DNA of 64,000 nucleotides from Octopus vulgaris (lineage: Eukaryota). The position numbers and the translations under genes were made by a program. The stretch spans positions 103,168,001-103,232,000 of the forward strand of contig OX597817.1 of assembly GCA_951406725.2 (NCBI GenBank). Reading direction: 5' to 3'. Of the stretch, positions 49,911-61,883 are shown in pieces (position 1 is the stretch's first letter; every line of letters starts with the position of its first letter). Under the pieces are notes generated by a model. The model saw only the letters and a list, made by a program, of their open reading frames with translations. It did not search any database and was not told the origin of the DNA.

Positions 49911-51029
49911 GTTATAACGGCGTATAGAGAAAAAAGATAGTGGGCGGCTACCTATAACAATTAAATAATTTAATCTGTTTATAACGTGTTCGATGAGTTA
50001 AATGATGACATGCTACTTACGACTAGAAAATATGATAAATATAAATACTTCTTTAGCAGGAATCTGTGGTGATAAATCAGACACTTATAACTTAATTATA
50101 AGTATTTAATCACCATACATAAATTCTAGCTCAGACTATGTAAACGCTGTGGTGAGTTATACACCAGGACGCTGAACGTGCATGTATGTTGAATTACATA
50201 ATCCCTCAACCAGAAATACAAGCTCACTCATTTTTACCGTTATAGTAACAGTTTCAATAAGTACAGAAATAAGTTTCAATTTATTTACGTGCATTTAATA
50301 ATATTTACAATACATTTTTATATGAAAAGTCAAAAGATATTTAAAAAAGAAACTGTCGTAGAGAGTTTACGACATAAACTTTGGATCCTTTCATAAGGAA
50401 GCTAAAAAAAGTGTAAAACAACAATTCAAAATAGCATTGTTGAATTAAACAAAAAAACAACAACTTGGCATCATAATAACCAAATCTCATGAAAGTGAGT
50501 GTCGTGGAATCATATAGACGACCAACGAACACTGACTTATTTCCCAAAAATCAGGGTTTTTATATCTGCTGGTATCTGAATTTTAAGAACCGTATTTCGG
50601 GAAAAATTTCTCTTTGAGGAAAATTAGAATTCAAATATGGACAGTAATTTTAACCAATGGAGAAACTAATAATTACACATATTCGGCCAACATGACCATA
50701 ACGTCATATCACCGTCGATAGAGGTTTATTAAGGCTTGCTACATAATCCCTCAACCAGAAAAAGAATAATAATACAAACATATTTCAATACACAGTTGGA
50801 AATAATATTTAAGTAAGTCAAAGTTACACATTTTTACAAATATAGAAATGTATCGACATGTTGAACAAACGAAAATAACCGCGCATCACGGTTTTATCAC
50901 AATACAGCTTTCATGGAAAGTTTATCAAAATATTCATCATAAAGTTCAATATAATTTATAGAAGTTCCTTGAAAAAAATTGTAAAATCTTTTTCCAAAAA
51001 CGATTCCGGAAATATAAAAATCCATGAGC

Positions 51030-51830
51030 AAAATACTCAAACGAACTGAGAAAGTCTTTGGGGAAAATGTACAATTCTACCACTTCTAGTTTTTTTTCGA
51101 TGGCAGGTGATTTTAAAATTGACTTGTGGATCTTTTCCTCAACCTTAAGTTCGCTGTTTTGTGAAATGTTCTGTTTGGAGTTATTTTGAAATGTGTTGCT
51201 TAAATTTTTATTCTCATGACATGAAGACTGGTCGAAATAAACGTTTTTAACTCTGTCGAAGCTGAAACTTCCTTTTTACCATGCATATCCAAGGTCATAG
51301 TTTTATCTTTAATTGACAAAAGTTTAAAAGGTCCAGTGTATTTATAATTCAGTGAATGATGACTGGCATCATTACGTACAAATACATGAGTCCAAGAATT
51401 AACATCGGTAGGGACGACACTTTTAATACTTTGTAATTTACTTGTAAAAGAAGGAACATCAGAAAGAAATCTCCTGAGTCGGATACATAATTGTTAATAT
51501 CCCCGGTAAAAGAATTCGTTTCTTCAAACATTTGACCAGGTAGAGTTAATGTTGTTTCGTACAGAAGTTCAGCAGGAGAAAATTGGAAACTTTCTTTAAC
51601 AGCACTCTTGATTCCCAACCGGTAAGGCTTCTAACCAACTGTTTGAATCAGAATAAGTTCTTAATGAAGATTTCAACTGCCTATGAAACCTTTCTATCAT
51701 GCCGTTACATCGCGGGTGATAGGAAGTAGTACGAATTCTGTGAATTTCCAACACGTATTAAATTCTGCGAAAAGTGTAAAGTCAAATTGTCTTTCCCGAT
51801 CTGTCGTCACGATATTTGGTATGCCTTGAA
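51030..51830 (-). mobile_element. Gypsy integrase relic
   Basis: TTDRERQF, RTTSYHPRCNGMIERFHRQLK, SPAELLY and terminal TRSGRIVHFP. Confidence 0.85.
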
Positions 51831-51839
51831 ATCCAACTG

Positions 51840-52068
51840 GTAACTTGGACATTCCACTAGTACTCTCTTTTTTAATTATGAGTGGCTATGGCTTCCACCA
51901 TACTGTGGGTTCTCATTTCTTTGTTCTTTCGACAGATTTCGTTATACAGTGTTCAAGCTACGTCATGTCTCATCGGTAGACAATACCGTGATGACATTTT
52001 CGGACAACTGTTTATGATGTGGGTGATATCTTTGGTGGTAACTCCACAAAGTTTGCATCGGTTGTCTG
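51840..52068 (-). mobile_element. REL-type non-LTR retrotransposon fragment (CCHC region)
   Basis: CKLCG...DITHIINSCP...RHD.VA motif. Confidence 0.7.
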
Positions 52069-52072
52069 TCTG

Positions 52073-52104
<32 letters not shown>

Positions 52105-52250
52105 TGTATGTATGTATGTATGTATGTATGTATGTATGTATGTATGTATGCATGTATGTATGTTGCTTAAATACACACATTTGCGTTTGAGTAACTTTGC
52201 AAATAGGTTAGAATTATGATTTATGTGTTTTATAGGCCCAAATATCATAA

Positions 52251-53102
52251 ACTTTTGAGAAGTTTACCTATCTGGGCTCTACCGTCACCTACAACCTATC
52301 CCTTGACGCTGAGCTCAATATACACATTGGCAAGGCAGCTGCTGCGATGGCCCAAATCTCCAAATGGGCTTGGGACAACAATAAGCTGACCAAGACCACG
52401 AAAATGAAGATCTACCAGGCATGTGTACTCAGCACTCTACTGTATGGAAGTGAGACCTGGACGCTATACACACGCCAAGAGCGTCGCCTAAACATCTTTC
52501 ACCTGCGCTGCCTCCGAAAAATCCTCCGCATCAAATGGCAGAATCATATCCCCAACAAAGATGTCCTCAGGCAAGCAGAAAAACCAAGCATGTTTGCACT
52601 CCTCACACAAAGACGTATGAGATGGCTTGGGCATGTTAGCCGTATGAAAGATGGCAGAATCCCCAAGGACATACTCTACGGAGAGCTTGCTAGGGGTACT
52701 AGGTCTGTGGGTAGACCGATCTTACGTTACAAGGATGTTTGCAAAAGGGACATGAAGGCCTGCAACATCAATATTAGCGGTTGGGAGGCAGTTGCCGGCA
52801 ACCGTGGAGAATGGCGACGTACCGTAAAAGAGGGAATACAAAGGAGTGACAGAGAGAGAGAGAGAGAGAGAGAGGAGAAATGGAAAGAAAGGAAGAGACG
52901 TAAACAAGAGACTATGGCACTACAACCAGCCAGGAACAGTCTTCGCTACATTTGCGGTACCTGCCAGAGGGAGCGTTTGTCCAGGATAGGACTACACAGC
53001 CACAGCAGGAAATGTATCAGGACATGAAATATAAAAGCCGGACTAGACTACTTCATGCGCAACTCCATTGTCTCCCGAGACAGAAAGGATGCCAATACAA
53101 TA
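52251..53102 (+). mobile_element. 5'-truncated RTE (BovB-like) LINE with TSD, inserted upstream of cyclin copy 2
   Basis: FTYLGS, LLYGSETW, WLGHVSRM, GRP and a terminal C2H2-like motif. (CAATA)n tail. TSD AATATCAT(A/G)AA. The empty site is present at ~60299-60310. Confidence 0.9.
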
Positions 53103-53473
53103 CAATATCATGAAGGTTATGCCTTGCAATTTTATTATGATAGGTTTAGGCATTAAATAGCTATTTTCATGCTATGTTCGTAATTGAATTGTAACACATG
53201 TTCAGTTTTATAATTTCAAGGTTATATATTGCTTAACTATCATATTGTAAATAACAATCAATTTAGTACACTTCAAATGTTAAAGAATAATAAATAGTTT
53301 AATATCCAAATAAAAGTGAAGATTTTGATTATTCAAATAAACTGGAATGACATTTACTGATTGTTACGTTTGAATGACGTAATCAAGTGAGAGATATTTT
53401 TGATTTTCACCACTTCACCTACACTATACTTTCTAAACAAATGAGTTTCGTTTAATTTCGCAGAAGATCGACC

Positions 53474-54292
53474 ATGAATTTTTCACAGGTTGTTAGAAAT
53501 TTAAACAATGTATATGAAATGGAAAGACGGCAAAAAAGAGTCCGTAATTATTTTCGAGATGGTCAGCATAATTTTTAGCCTGAAGATCGTAAGGCTGTGG
53601 TCAACTGGATGATAGCATGCGCAGATTATTACGAGAGCGTTTTGGATGTCATCCACCTGTCAGTTGCATTATTTGACTTATTCCTATCTTCTAGAAGCTC
53701 ACCACCGATTTCAAGCGAAAAACTGCAATGTGTTGGAGCTACATGTCTTAGAATTGCCTTTGACACAATATATAATCGTGTAACAGATGAGGGTAATGAT
53801 GTTATTCATATGACATCTAGAGTTGACCCAGAGTCTTCTTCAGAAGAACTTCATAGGATGCACATTTCGGTTTCTGAACGTTTTCATGGTAGGATGTTTT
53901 TTATGACTCCCTATGTCTTCGTTTCGTATTACCAGATTATTCTCAAATTAGAACCTCGTCACGATTTGTATAGTATGATGAACTATTTAGTGGAACTAGC
54001 GCTATATGATGACTTTCTCAGCGTAAGAAATTACTTTCCACCAAGTCTTGTAGCGGCAGCTGCTCTTTATACAGGGATAATTGTCTTTAAATTCCGTGAC
54101 GAATGGTTTGAGGACTTGTCAGATCTCACAGGGTATAATGGATTTGAGGATCAGTTGCAAGTTGTTCATGAACGCATGAAATTCTTATTATCATCAGCTA
54201 GTCTTGAAGAAAGGGAACATTCAACACAGGCAAGATACGATTTACCAGAGAACAACCATGTGAGTGCTATTGATTATTCAAGCATTTATTAA
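53474..54292 (+). pseudogene. Atypical cyclin, copy 2: full-length frame with one in-frame TAG at codon 35 (53576-53578)
   Basis: ATG at 53474 is homologous to the starts of copies 1 and 3. TAG stands where copy 1 has CAG. The remainder is open to the homologous stop. Confidence 0.85.
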
Positions 54293-54974
54293 AAGTTTAA
54301 ATCCTTTGTGGGCTTTTTCTCTTAGGCTTTCACTTTTCAATTCCTTCAATTTTGTTACAGTTGATTTAAAATTTGGTGTATTGATGTAGTTATTCATGCT
54401 AAATATGGAAATGAAATTCATTTTGGCTATAAATTAATGAATTAATAAAGTTTGATAGCTTTTTAAAATTTGCCTATTTTGGTCAATTTCAGCTAGTCGT
54501 AAGCCACAGATATATTGCTGCCTATTTCCATAGTAACAATCCAAGCTGTTGTCTGCTTAGAACTATTACAACCCCTATGTACCGATATTCAGAACTTACG
54601 TTTTTGATTTTTCGCTTCAAAAAATATATTAATTGTTTACATGAACTGAACTATTAGTACAGTATTATTACAATTTATTACAGTATTATTACAATTTATT
54701 CGCAAACTTCATTGAGGACTTTTTCCGTTTTAAATTGTTTACATTCCTGTTCGAACGTTTGTTTTGCATTCTTTTGTTAGACAGAAAAACTAATGGGCCT
54801 TTTCTGTTGATGTGACAATGTTTGAAATTCAAAATTTTCAAATTTGGTATGTTGATGTAAGTTTTCACACTGAATCTGATTTTCGTATTTATTTGTCCCA
54901 GAAAAACTTTAGAAAAATGTTCACGAAAAATGTTACTAATTGAATAACCCCAGATCATCCACGGGTTAGCGCGA

Positions 54975-55156
54975 CCCTAAACACCAACGCTAAACCCTAA
55001 GCCTAATCCTAAACTCAAAGTCAAACCTTAAACTCCAACGCTACTCTAACCCTAAACCCTAATTGTAATTCTAAAGCTCAACCCTGAATCCTAACTCTAG
55101 CTGTACATCCTAAGTTTAACCCTAAACCTCAACCTTAAAATCTGACTCTAACTCTA
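54975..55156. repeat. Degenerate telomere-like hexamer array (cassette copy 2)
   Basis: CCCTAA variants in the position homologous to 42730-42925. Confidence 0.8.
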
Positions 55157-55588
55157 GTGTATATCAAACTTTCGATTTTGAATTTTCGTCATTAGTTGTT
55201 TACATGAACAGGACTATAGTAGTATAACATATGGTTTGTCTTTTTGCAACTTTTCATAATATATAGCTTCCAGTTATTACGCAGAAATTGCCTGCTTCTA
55301 AACCCTGTTTTCTGATTGAGTAAAAATAATCAAACTTCAAACCGCTGTAACATTTTTCTAAAACTTTTCTGGAACAAGTGAATAACAGCAACAGATTCAA
55401 CGTGAAAAATTACATCAATATACTAAATTTGGAAATTTTCATTTAATTAAAAAATTTCAAAACGTGAAAGCCAGACAGAAAAGATACCTTTTGGGGACTT
55501 GCATTGTGAAAATAATAAACACACACGCACGCTCACACACACACACACCCGCACGCACGCACACGTACGCACTCGTACGCGCGCGCAC

Positions 55589-55619
<31 letters not shown>

Positions 55620-56007
55620 GACAGACACGCTTACACACACACACACACGCACACACAAATACAACTTTATAAGGTAGAAGTTGTTTATTTCGAATTACAT
55701 TATGAGGCCAACGGAAGAATTTCTAGATATTTTAGAACAAAGGCTTTTCCCGGTCTGGTGGGGGAATCTTTATAATAATAATGTGCTCATCATAAAAATG
55801 GCAGCAAAGAAACCTAATTTACTCCATATCCTGAAGATGAGGTTGAGAAACATTGTTGACAAAGATGGACTTGGAAACTCTTTTGTTTGAAGCGAACTAT
55901 AAACGCATGATAGGCAATATATATTTATATACAGGTGAAGATAAGTTAGAAGTAATAACAGCCGTCTATGGAATAACTTATATCCTATGAATCCACTGGT
56001 GTATCTA

Positions 56008-56030
56008 TCTCTCTATATATAAAACTGAGA

Positions 56031-56071
<41 letters not shown>

Positions 56072-56560
56072 TGTCTGTCTGTGTGTTTCCCTAAAACTTG
56101 AGAACTACACAACCAATTTCATTCAAATTTTACACATGCCTTACTTAAGGTCCGGGGAGTGTCATCGGCAAAAAAATTTTAACTCTTTTCCTAGGGCGAC
56201 CCCACAGCAATATCATATTTTCTCCACTTTTTCAGTATTACGTGTTAAAAGTGAAACAAAAACATCTCTCTATTGTAATGCAGACACTTTCATTTTAATA
56301 CTGAAACTATTAAACTGAAAGTATTATATAACAGGGATGAACCATTAAAAGTGGTCAATCTTTTTGCTAGAAGAAGATCCGCTATGGTCTTATATGCTAC
56401 ACCACTGGTTTTCAATTCATATTAATCAAAGTATTATTCAATTTTTCACCCTTATTACGTGTGTGTGTGTGTATTAGCAATTCGTATAAAATTGCGTCAA
56501 TACCTTGAACTTGAATAAGTGGTTTCACATAAATAGGGATACATTAAAAAGGTTTGTTGT
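56008..56560 (+). mobile_element. Non-autonomous Helitron-like 5' portion
   Basis: TCTATATATAAAACTG followed by (TG)n and CCAATTTCATTCAAATTTTACAC, similar to the 5' end of 26188-26693. Confidence 0.5.
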
Positions 56561-56852
56561 TATTATTATTACTGCTTGACTATTGTAATCACGTTTGTTG
56601 GTTCCTCGTCAGGGAAACATTGTTGTGTTGCATTTGTTAAATAATTGTAAACCGTAACCCTCCCCCTTTCGTTGAAGGGGCTTTGGTTATTGTTTAAAAA
56701 TTGAATTGTGACCCTGTTTGGGGAAATTGGCAATATTTTCACTGTCTTTACGGAAGCATTTTTGTTAAAATGCCTTCGATAGAAGAAAGTCCAAAAATGA
56801 ATTTTTGGACTAGTTTTGATCATATCGTTATTTCTGTTCTATTTTAACAAAA

Positions 56853-56890
56853 CTGTCCGACGAACGGGAACGTGAAACTCTGAGTAACAG
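56853..56890 (+). ncRNA. Minimal hammerhead motif in a Penelope pLTR fragment
   Basis: CUGU-CCGACGA-ACG GGAA CGU-GAAA-CUC U GAG-UA-ACAG. Core variant with U4 changed to C. Homologous to 32061-32098. Confidence 0.55.
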
Positions 56891-56934
56891 CTTTTGTTAT
56901 ATTTCTGCTGATTTAAAATAAAGTTTATATATTT

Positions 56935-57484
56935 GCTGGTATGAACATCATCCTGAGCCAGTCATTGAAGGTAAAAATGTCACTATCTGGGATTTTCCAG
57001 TCAACACTGACATAACGATCAAAGATAATCGACCAGACGTGATTTTTAAAGATAGGGAAGAAAATACTTGTAGACTAATAGATGTAATTGTTCCCACTCA
57101 TAAAAATGAATCTGTCAAGGAATTTGACAAATTAAGTAAATATAAAGACCTGGAAATTGAAATACAGAAGATATGGCATCTTAAAACGAGAACTGTTCCT
57201 GTTACTAGGTATGATAGAAAAAAGGGATGTCAGGAACATCTAGATAAGATCCCAGGAAAACCATGTCTCAGAAAAATTCAAAAGATTGTGCTGACAAGTA
57301 CTGCCCACATCCTTAGAAAAACCCTATCCATTTTAAATGACTGTGTTGTATTACATGAAGATATTTCGCTACTCCCCCCACCACGAAGCTTTCAGTCATA
57401 TTATAACATCTCTTATCGTACACCTGCCCCAGGAAATTGGGTGTGTCACGGCAAGTGGCTTAACAAATATGCAGATTAAAAGTA

Positions 57485-57529
<45 letters not shown>

Positions 57530-57530
57530 C
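56935..57530 (+). mobile_element. R4/Dong-like REL non-LTR retrotransposon 3' end
   Basis: WDFPVNTD..I..NRPDVI...LIDV...E..KLSKYKDL motif and an (AAT)n tail. Confidence 0.85.
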
Positions 57531-57922
57531 ATTTGGATTTTATACAATATATGTTTCAAAACTAAAAATAGTCTAATTTCCTTATATATTTTATGTGTAC
57601 CTCTGTTTGATTTTTGTCTTTTATCTTTTATTCGGCAAAGATAAAATACGAAGGAAATACCAATCATATGCATCTTCTTCTAACATATGTGGGCTTGTGC
57701 CAACGTTAGAAATTATATCTGTTATGTTAACTGTATATTATAAGAATATCATTCGCGTATATCACCAAAGTTCATATAATATTAACAGAATAAAAAGAAA
57801 AAAGAAATAGTCCTAAGTTTTTGTGACCTGCTTTTCTATTTTTCCTTGAGCGTGAAATTAATACACTTTGTTGTTGAGCCACTTGTTTCTGTCTTCTGTA
57901 TTTTGTTTTTTGTACATTTGGG

Positions 57923-58046
<124 letters not shown>

Positions 58047-58053
58047 GCACACA

Positions 58054-58213
58054 TGAGCGTGGCTGTGTGGTAAGAAGCTTTCTTCCCAACTACATGGTTC
58101 TGGGTTCAGTCCAATTGCGTGTCACCTTGGGCAAGTGTCTTCTACTATAGCATCGGTCCGACCAAAGCCGTGTTAGAGTATTTGGTAGACAGAAACTGAA
58201 AGAAGCCTGTCGT

Positions 58214-58259
<46 letters not shown>

Positions 58260-58466
58260 GTGTGTGTGTGCGTGTGTGCGTCTGTGTATGTGTGTGTGTC
58301 TGCGCTCGTGTTTGTTCCATGCCAATGCTTATCAACGGGTGTTGGTTTGTTTACATGCCCGTCGCTTAGAGGTTCGGTATCAGTCATGGGATAGATTCCT
58401 TCGACTAAACCCTTCAAGGCGGTGGCCCAGCATGACCGTAGTCCAATGACTGAAATAAGTAAAAAA
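58054..58466 (+). mobile_element. tRNA-derived SINE (family A)
   Basis: GCGTGGCTGTGTGGTAAGAAG...GGGTTCAGTCC...CCTTGGGCAAGTGTCTT. Confidence 0.88.
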
Positions 58467-58481
58467 ATTACACACACACAC

Positions 58482-58543
<62 letters not shown>

Positions 58544-58569
58544 AGTACGTGTTTATATGTGTGTCTCGA

Positions 58570-59605
58570 ATCTTTGTAAAAGCTCAGGTGTGCACTTCTT
58601 CGTAACCACTCCCATGTCGTCTGCGTCATCAAATCATTCTCCTCAAAGACTGTACTCTCGATTGAACAGGTGGAAGTTGGAGAGCGCCAAATCCAGCTTT
58701 ACGGTGAAAAGTGGTCACTGACGAGTCCATTTTGCAGATTACTTGATTTGTTGATAAAGATGTGTGCGTACACGAATTTTCACGGTGAATGTTAATCGTT
58801 TTCAGTTTCTTGTTTGGCCATTTCCTCAAATCTTTCTGAGAGTCTCAATATACAGCTCGCAGTTTAAATCACAAATACGTTCCAGAAAATCAAGGAAAAT
58901 AACGCTTTTGTCATCCCCCAAAACCTGTACTGATCGCTAGATTGAGCATTTTACGCCTTGGAGAAGGCATGTAACGCCATTCCATGGACCGAATCTTCAT
59001 TTGTAGATAATAAAAATATGCCCACGTTTCATCTCCTGTCATCAGATCGGAAAAAATTGTCTTCAAATGTTTCTAACAGCTCAGAGCAGACTTTTACCCT
59101 TTCCCTCCTCCAAATCGATGTACCCATTTTGCACACACTTTGCGATACCCAGTCTTGCACCTTCTTCTGTAAAGCATTTTGATAACAATGCAGGAAGCTC
59201 AAGAATTGTGACTTTTACTAAACGAATCAATTCGTCCAGTTGCTGGAGAATGGTATCAATGATCGCAGTTGATGTTTTCCCAGTGCGCGCTATGTCTTAA
59301 GTGTTGTTTTCCTCTTATTTAAACATTTTCGTCTGTCTGCGTATATTACTTTTGTCAATAGCGTCATCTCTCCGTAAGCAACTAGTAGCTTTGTATGGAT
59401 GTCGGACCGCTTGCATCCCTCTCTATCAAGAATTCAATAATGGTATGTTATTTCTGCTTGGAATCAATTATTTGCCTGCAATGAAGAACAAGAAGAAGAG
59501 TTACTATAGACGAAAATTTGCTCTACCAACACGTACTATTGAAACGACCTAACAGTTGATATAAATGTCACGTTTACCTTTCAATTACTTTCGGTATCAT
59601 CTTCG
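58570..59605 (-). mobile_element. mariner transposon relic
   Basis: Across frames: SMEWRY..SP, DDKSVIFLDFLE, YIETL, IHREN...HT and PDLALSNFHLF. Confidence 0.75.
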
Positions 59606-59865
59606 TGCACACATATACACATATGTACATTTACAAAGATGCACACATAAACACATGCATATGTATATACATAGAAATAAAACACGCACACACACATAAA
59701 AACATACAAATACAAACACACACGTACATATTACATATGTACATGTATACAAATATATATTCATATATTTGTATCAATATCTATATCTAACTTCTTGTCT
59801 GTCTGTCGGTCTTTCTGCCTGTTCGTCGACCTGCCCGTCTGCCTGTATGTCTTTCTATTTGTTTG

Positions 59866-59897
<32 letters not shown>

Positions 59898-60028
59898 TGT
59901 ATGTATGTATGTGTATGCGTGTGTGTGTATGCATGTGTGTGTATATGAATGTATGTATGTATGCATTTATGTATGTCTGTATGTATGTTGTATGTATGTA
60001 TGTATGTATGTATGTATGTATGTGTGTG

Positions 60029-60060
<32 letters not shown>

Positions 60061-60680
60061 TGTATGTGTGCGTATATGTATGTATGCATGTATGTATGTA
60101 TGTATGTATGTATGTATGTATGTATGTATGTATGCATGTATATGTGTGTATGTATGTACGTATGCATGCATGTATGTATGTACGTACGTACGTGTGTATA
60201 TATGTATGTATGCATATATGTTGCTTAAATACATACATTTGCATTTGAGAAACTTTGCAAATAAGTTAGAATTATGATTTGTGTGTTTTATAGGCCCAAA
60301 TATCATAAAGGTTATGCTTTGCAACTTTATTATGATAGTTTTGGGCATTAAATAGATTTAAAACATTCCATGTTATTTTCGTAACTGAATTTAAGCTTTA
60401 CTGAAATATATTCATTTTTAAAATTTTAATGTTATATATTGCTTAACTATCATATTGTAAATAACAAACAATTTAATACACTTCAAATGTTAAAGAACAA
60501 TAGTTTAATATCCAAATACAACTGAAGATTTTAATTATTCAAATAAAATAGAACGACATTTACTGATTGTTACGTTTGAATGACGTAATCAATTGATAAA
60601 TTTTTGAGGGTTTCGCCGCTTCACCTCTCGCTATACTTTCTAAACAAGCAAATTTCGTTTAATTTCACAGAAGAACGACC

Positions 60681-61511
60681 ATGGATTTTTCAGATGTTGT
60701 TAGAAATTTAGGCAGTATATCTGAAATGGAAAGACGACAGAAGAAAGTCCGTAATTATTTTCGAGAAGGTCGCCATATTTTTTCTCCTGAAGATCGTAAG
60801 GTTGTGGTCAACTGGATGATATCATGTGTAGATTATTACTACGGTCTTATGGATATCTTACACCTATCTGTTACATTATTTGACTTATTCTTGTCTTCTG
60901 AAAAGTCACCGCCGTTTTCACGCGAAAAAATGCAATGTGTTGGAGCTATATGTATTAAAATTGCTTTTGACACATTATATAATGCTAAAACAGATGAGGG
61001 TTTTGCAATTGTTGCTATGACATCCAGAGTCGACCCAGAGTCTTCTATAGATGAGCTTCGTAGAATATATATTTTGGTTATTAACCGTTTCAGAGGTAAA
61101 ACGTTTTTTGTTACTCCTTATGTCTTTCTTTCGTATTACCATATTATTCTCAAATTGGAACCCCATCACGATTTGTATAGTATGACCAACTATATATTGG
61201 AACTAGCGCTATATGATGACTTTCTTAGCGTAAAATGTTACTATAAACCAAGTCTTGTAGCGGCAACCGCTCTTTATACGGGGATAATTGCACTTGGCTT
61301 CCACACCAGATGGTTTGATGACTTGTCAGTTCTGACAGGGTATAATGGAGAGGAGATAAACATAAATGATGTTCATGAACGCATGAAATTCTTATTAAAA
61401 ACAGCTTACCTTGAACCAAAGATACATTCAACACAGGCACGTTACTATTTGCAAGAGAACAACTATATGAGCACTTTTGACTATTCGCACCTTCGTTATC
61501 ATGGTAATTAA
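60681..61511 (+). CDS. Atypical cyclin A/B-fold protein, copy 3 (276 aa, uninterrupted ORF)
   Basis: Colinear paralog of 41237-42052 with the same cyclin-box and Cyclin_C motifs. Confidence 0.9.
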   Translation: MDFSDVVRNLGSISEMERRQKKVRNYFREGRHIFSPEDRKVVVNWMISCVDYYYGLMDILHLSVTLFDLFLSSEKSPPFSREKMQCVGAICIKIAFDTLYNAKTDEGFAIVAMTSRVDPESSIDELRRIYILVINRFRGKTFFVTPYVFLSYYHIILKLEPHHDLYSMTNYILELALYDDFLSVKCYYKPSLVAATALYTGIIALGFHTRWFDDLSVLTGYNGEEININDVHERMKFLLKTAYLEPKIHSTQARYYLQENNYMSTFDYSHLRYHGN

Positions 61512-61696
61512 TTAAAGTTTAAAAAGTCTTGTGGGTTCTCTTCTGTTTGGCTTTTACTTTTCAATCCCTTCAATTTTGTTACAATTGATTTCAAATTTGA
61601 TGTGTTGATGTAGTTGTGCATGTTAATTATGGAGATGAAACTCATTTTTGCCATAAATTAATCGATAAAAAGTTTAATAGCTCTTTATAATTTGCT

Positions 61697-61883
61697 TAAA
61701 CGCCAAGCCTAAGCACTAAGTCTAACCCTGAACCCTAATTCTAACCTTAAACTTTAACGCTAATCCCTAACTCTAGCCCTAAACTCTAATTGTAACTTTG
61801 AAGCTCAACCTTAAATTCTAACTTTAACTGTGCGCCCTAAGTCTAACCCTACTTCCCAACCATAAACTCTAACTATAACCCTA
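61697..61883. repeat. Degenerate telomere-like hexamer array (cassette copy 3)
   Basis: CCCTAA variants. About 0.5 kb present upstream of the array in copies 1 and 2 is deleted here. Confidence 0.8.

Noticed and set aside
59761-60348. Many ORFs rich in HT/YI/CV/MYVC repeats (also near 14200, 33000, 36300, 38450, 45750, 52000 and 57850)
   Set aside because: They are translations of microsatellites, not genes.
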